Source: Clostridiales bacterium
GTDB lineage: Bacteria; Bacillota; Clostridia; TANB77; CAG-508
Direction of reading: 5' to 3'
Assembly: GCA_015056485.1 (NCBI GenBank)
Contig: SVGD01000004.1
Location: forward strand, 37,460 to 101,459
Length of the DNA: 64,000 nt
Shown in pieces: positions 59,317-64,000 of the stretch (within the stretch, counting starts at the first letter, position 1; each line of letters starts with the position of its first letter). The translations under genes were made by a program, and so were the position numbers. The notes beneath the pieces are model-generated. The model was given only the letters and a program-made list of their open reading frames with translations, made no database searches and was not told where the DNA came from.

Positions 59317-59340
59317 CGGACGACCAATGGTCGCCCCTAC
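59317..59340 (-). repeat. REP subtype A
   Basis: CGGACGACCAATGGTCGCCCCTAC between rplI and dnaB. Confidence 0.9.
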
Positions 59341-59351
59341 AGCATTTACAA

Positions 59352-59795
59352 TTAATTTTTTACACTTATTTTTAATTGTCCTGTTACTCCATCTCCAAAT
59401 TTTATATCTGCTGTGAATACCCCTAAATTTTTTATTGTTTCTTTTAGAATTATTTTCTTTTTGTCTATTTCTATTTTATATTGTTCCTTAAGTTCTGTTG
59501 CTATTTCTTTTGATGTTACTCCACCAAAAATCCTGCCATTTTCTCCTGCTTTTACTTTTATTTCAAGAGTAATTTCTTTTAGTTTTTCTGCTATTTTTTT
59601 ATTAGCCTCTATTTCAGCATTTTTCTTATTCTGTATTGATGTTTTCTTTGCTTGTAATTTTAGCATATTATCTTTAGTTGCTTCAACTGCTAAATTTTTA
59701 GGAAAAAGAAAATTTCTAGCATATCCATCATTTGCATTTATTACTTCATCTTTCTTTCCTACGTTTTTTATATCTTGTAATAGTATTACTTTCAT
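59352..59795 (-). CDS. rplI: 50S ribosomal protein L9
   Basis: MKVILLQDIKNVGKK...GYARNFLFPK, GRIFGGVT. Confidence 0.98.
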   Translation of the reverse strand: MKVILLQDIKNVGKKDEVINANDGYARNFLFPKNLAVEATKDNMLKLQAKKTSIQNKKNAEIEANKKIAEKLKEITLEIKVKAGENGRIFGGVTSKEIATELKEQYKIEIDKKKIILKETIKNLGVFTADIKFGDGVTGQLKISVKN

Positions 59796-60307
59796 TAAAT
59801 CACTTCCTTATTTTTTGACATTCTATCACGTTTTTTCATTTCTTGCAATAAATCTGCTATAGGTTTTGGTACATAATCATCTACAGGCTTGTCATTTAAA
59901 TATAATTCCATAACTAAACTTGATGATAGATAACCTAATTCACCTGCTCTGAAATAACATGTATCCATTTTATAAACCTTTTCGTTCATTTGCGCAATAT
60001 TTTCTTCATATTGATAATCTGTACCATTTCTTAATCCTCTTATAAGGATATCTGAGTTATACTTTTTAGCTTCTTCTGCAGTAAGCCCTGTATACAATAC
60101 AATTTCTACATTATGCAATCCTAATTCTTTTATGCTTTTTTCAATTGCTTCTTTCATTTTTTTCTTATCAATTCTCTCTTTTTTTTCAGTATTATACCCT
60201 ATACCTATTATAACCTTATCAAAACATTCTCTTGCTTTTTTTACTATTTCTAAATGTCCATTTGTGAAAGGGTCAAATGAACCTGCATAAAAACCTACTG
60301 TTCCCAT
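59795..60307 (-). CDS. coaD: Pantetheine-phosphate adenylyltransferase
   Basis: YAGSFDPFTNGH, IRGLR..DYQYE, LSSS. Confidence 0.95.
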   Translation of the reverse strand: MGTVGFYAGSFDPFTNGHLEIVKKARECFDKVIIGIGYNTEKKERIDKKKMKEAIEKSIKELGLHNVEIVLYTGLTAEEAKKYNSDILIRGLRNGTDYQYEENIAQMNEKVYKMDTCYFRAGELGYLSSSLVMELYLNDKPVDDYVPKPIADLLQEMKKRDRMSKNKEVI

Positions 60308-60327
60308 AATGGCCTCCTTTTTGTTAA

Positions 60328-63300
60328 TTAATTTTGTAAGATTTCTTCTTTTGTTTTGTTTCCTATAAAATTATACGAATTATAATTTGGATTGAATCCA
60401 CATATTGTTCGATATTCACAATATTCACATGTAGCTGTTTTTGTTTTTTTATTATACATTGGTTTTAATTCTATATTACCTTTTAATATTTCACTTGATA
60501 TTTGTTTTATTATTTTGTTTACTATTTCTCTTAATTTTGTAAATTCTTCTTTTGTTACTATATCTGATTTAAGTTTACTAATTTCTCCGCTTTTATTTAT
60601 AGTAATTGGAATCGTAGCTGATGAACCAGTTTCTAAAGTATTATCCATCATTTTTATAACTTTAATATCAGCTAATATTAAACCTTTCATTCTAAACTCT
60701 TTACGTATTTTTTCTTCAATTTCTTTTTCTGTTAAATTCTTTTTAGATTTTATAATTGGGTCTATTAAATTATAATATAAAACTCCAGCTGGTATCTTTT
60801 TATATTGATTCGCTATTGAATCTATATAAGTTAAAAGCTGAATTTGAACTCCTGCAAGCATTTCATTTAAATCTATTTGTTTTGTACTTGATTTATAATC
60901 TATTATTCTTATATATTCTCCATCTTCGTTTGTGCCTATATCCATTCTATCTATTTTACCTGTTAGCTCTACATTATCATATTTCTGTCGAAACTCTACC
61001 TCATTTCCTAAAATTTCAAAACTACTATTTTTCATTTGTTCTACAATATATTTTATAGCTTTTAAAATTACTGTTTTTAATCTGCTAGTTAACACTATGA
61101 ATTTAGGAGTACTCGTAAATTTATAATTCTTTTTTAAATTTAATTTATTGTCTATTATTTTGTTAACTGCTTCTTCAATTTGGTTTTCATTCATTTCTTT
61201 GTAATTTATACATTCTTGAAAAAAAGTATCTATTACATCGTGCATAAATGAACCTGTATCGATTGGATTTAATTTAAATTCTTCTTTCTCTTTTAGCCTT
61301 ATTCCATATTTTAAATGGAATGAAAATGGACATCTTTTGTATTGTTCTAATTTAGAAACACTTACATTTAAAGTCTCTCCATATAAGTTCCTTATATTTT
61401 TATGACTTATTTTCTCAGGCTCATTATCATACTCGAGTCCTTTTAATGCTATTCTTAATTTTTCATTCCACACTTCTTGCTTATTAAACCATAAATAAAT
61501 ATGTTCCCAAAGCTCGTCAATTTGTTCTCCATCTTTTTGTTTTCTTAAATTTAATAGTAATTCTTTAAAAGTAATTGGTTGTGTTGTAATTTCTGTTTGA
61601 GAACTTATTATATCACTTTTTTCTTGTAACTTAGGAAAGATTTTTTTGATTTTAGAAATTAATATTGAAGGTCTTAGTGTTCCTCCGCTCTTATCAGATG
61701 AAACATAAAATAAAAATAATTTTTCATCAGCCAAACTTAAAATTTTGTATATGTTTAACTGTTCTTCATATAAATTATCTAATGTTCCATTTGCCATTTC
61801 AATATTAATTTCTTCTAAAAATTTTCTATCTTTATCATTCAAAAATCCTTCATTTTTATTTACACTTGGGTAAATTCCATCATTTAATCCTAAAACAAAA
61901 ACTACTTTTTGATTTTTCGGCTTAGACCTATCAACATCTGCCAAAAGCACCTGATCAATTGTAGCTGGTATTTTTCCTAAATCACTATATGTTAAACCAA
62001 TTTTTAATAATTCTTTATATTTCTCAAATGTGATTTTTTCGTCTCCAAAAATCATTAAAAGTTCATCAAAAAGTTCAATTAAAATTTCCCAGCTTTGCTT
62101 ATACTCACTTGCTAAAACAAATTCATTAGCCTGTTCTAATATTTCTATTTTTTTATTTAATTGTTGTATTATTTGATTATTTTCTAAAAATTTATATATA
62201 TTTTTTGTTATTTCATTTGTTGTTCTATTATTTTGTAATTGTTCTTTTAAATCATTTAATGGTTTTATTATTTTCAGTCTTAATTCATTCATTAGTTCTA
62301 TATTTTCATCGTCATATTCCCAATTTTCATGCCATCTTTTACCTCTTATGCCCCATTTGTTACAAAAATTTTCTAATAAATAAATATTATTTTTTTCTAT
62401 GTTTAAAAAGCCTGTTTTTATATAACTAAAAATTGAATCACTAGACCAATTTTTTTCAAACACTTCTAATATTGATAAAATATATCTAACTAAAATATTT
62501 GTACTTAAATCGCCATTTTTATCAATAAAAAATGGTATTCCATAACTACTAAAAATAGCTCTTGCTAAACTTTCATATTCATCCATATTTTTTGTTATTA
62601 CTGCAATATCTTTATAGCTATAGCCTTCATCTCTTACCAATTTAATTATATTTTTTGCAACATTTTCTATTTCAGAATAAGGATTTTGTGTAAGTAATAG
62701 ATTAATATCTTTAATATTTTGCTCATATTGAGCATCTTGTGTTATAACATTTTTATAAATATTTTGTTCTAAATGCTTTATTTCTTTACTTTTATATCCA
62801 TCCTCTTGTACATGAATTTCTTTTATTTCAACTCCATTAGCTGCCTGAATCACTTTTTTCACTACTCTTTTACTTGGCGCAAAAATATCGGTTTCTTTAT
62901 TAATATCCGTTTCCAATGAATCCGTACAAATAGTTATATTTACTTCTTTCGCTTTATTTATTAATTCCTTTATTATTGAATATTCTTGAGCTGTAAACCC
63001 TACAAATTCATCTATGTATATATATGAACCATCAAACATTGAACTTTCTTTTAATTGTTTTGCTAAAATAGATAATTCATCTTCTTCATCAATAAAATTA
63101 TTGTTTATTATTTTCTCATAATTTCCATATATAAGATTTATATCTGACAACTTGGTTTTTAGATACATATCTTCTGTTTTGCTTATTGCTTCATCGATAT
63201 CATTTAAATATACATTATGTTTTTTTAATTCAGAAATAAATCTTAAAGCTATATCTATATCTTCAGAATTTTTTCCTAGAAATTTCAAATCAGATTTGTT

Positions 63301-63598
63301 CTTATCTAATATACTAGATAAAATCATTGATTTTCCTGCCTTTGATAAATTTACTGCAGTATAGCCTCCAACTTCTAAGGAAACTCTATGAGCAATTCGT
63401 CCAAAACTTAAAACTTCTGCATTTATTGAACTTCTAGCATTTAAAATTCTTAATAATGTTTTTTCTGCAGAATATGAAAATTGCTCAGGAGTAATAATAT
63501 ATATTTTCTTCCCGAGTATTTATTTTTTCTTTTATTTGGTTAAAACAATATGTACTTTTCCCGCTTTTAGCTCGTCCATAAATTATATTTAAACTCAT
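60328..63598 (-). CDS. addB: ATP-dependent helicase/nuclease subunit AddB with +1 frame change at CGG 63512-63514
   Basis: ATG 63598 overlaps upstream TGA; frame 0 MSLNIIYGRAKSGKSTYC ends at TGA 63485-63487; skipping C63514 gives GKKIYIITPEQFSYSAEK...EVLSFGR, continuous with the 999-aa ORF (SVSKLEQY..CPF, GKIDRMD, IIDYKS, CEYCEY..IC); joined length 1089 aa. Confidence 0.9.
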
Positions 63599-64000
63599 GC
63601 TTCTCTTCTCCAATAAAATAAATATTGCTGTGCTATTCCTGCTAACTCTCCATACTTTTCTTTGGCTAATTTATTTAAAATCTCATTTGTTATTTTCAAT
63701 TCCTTTTCCTCGTTAAAATATAATTCTTCAACTACTCTTTTTACCCAGACATCAATCGGAAAAGCTTCTAATTTTTTTAAAGTAGAAAATAATAATATAC
63801 AATCTGCCACTTTAGGACCAACGCCTGGTAATTCCAATAAAGAATTTCTTATCTTTTCATAATCACTTTCTTCTTTTAGTTGTTTTTCAAAATCTTTGTT
63901 TTTTAAAAAAATCTGAGTTGTTTCATAGACTCTTTTATCTCTAAAACCTAATCCTTGTTTTCTTAAATCTTCTATACTTGCTTTTGATAATTCCTCTACT
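63595..64000 (-). CDS. 8-oxoguanine DNA glycosylase-like HhH-GPD enzyme (5' end beyond window)
   Basis: GLGFRDKR, LLELPGVGPKVADCILLF, FPIDVWVKR, GIAQQYLFY; frame open to window end. Confidence 0.9.
   Translation of the reverse strand, partial: VEELSKASIEDLRKQGLGFRDKRVYETTQIFLKNKDFEKQLKEESDYEKIRNSLLELPGVGPKVADCILLFSTLKKLEAFPIDVWVKRVVEELYFNEEKELKITNEILNKLAKEKYGELAGIAQQYLFYWRREA

Noticed and set aside
3305..59340. GC-rich palindromic repeats as a CRISPR array
   Set aside because: They are dispersed singlets or inverted pairs with a GTAG end, not tandem direct repeats with unique spacers; no cas genes; a RAYT explains them.

Overview
Low-GC Bacillota (Clostridia) chromosomal segment with strong minus-strand gene bias. 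Its gene and repeat style suggests a TANB77/UCG-014-like gut lineage (inference). Core genes: rpoB, rpoC, prs, ftsH, tilS, dnaB, rplI, rpsU, coaD, lgt, addB, two M16 peptidases, a trimeric bifurcating [FeFe]-hydrogenase and tRNA-Gly/tRNA-Cys. Sporulation-type genes and a thioester/isopeptide adhesin are also present. Main observations: (1) Three otherwise intact genes (addB, an ABC ATPase, a phosphoribosyltransferase) are each broken by a +1 frame change at or next to an in-frame CGG followed by a purine; skipping the C restores a Gly codon. By manual scan CGG is otherwise absent in frame from the core genes, yet four orphan genes use it in frame. This suggests CGG-triggered +1 recoding and possibly a codon-controlled switch. 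(2) A ~14 kb type IV secretion-like locus (3 VirB2-like pilins, PrgI/VirB3, TraC-like, VirB4, VirB6-like, VirB8-like, lysozyme/peptidase) lies among housekeeping genes with no relaxase, coupling protein or integrase in the window. (3) A RAYT transposase sits inside ~64-bp TGT...ACA inverted repeats, with about 21 GTAG-type REPs dispersed in the window; one of them is translated in frame inside tilS and a further REP-like hairpin inside an L,D-transpeptidase gene. (4) Dispersed inverted heptamer-array elements.
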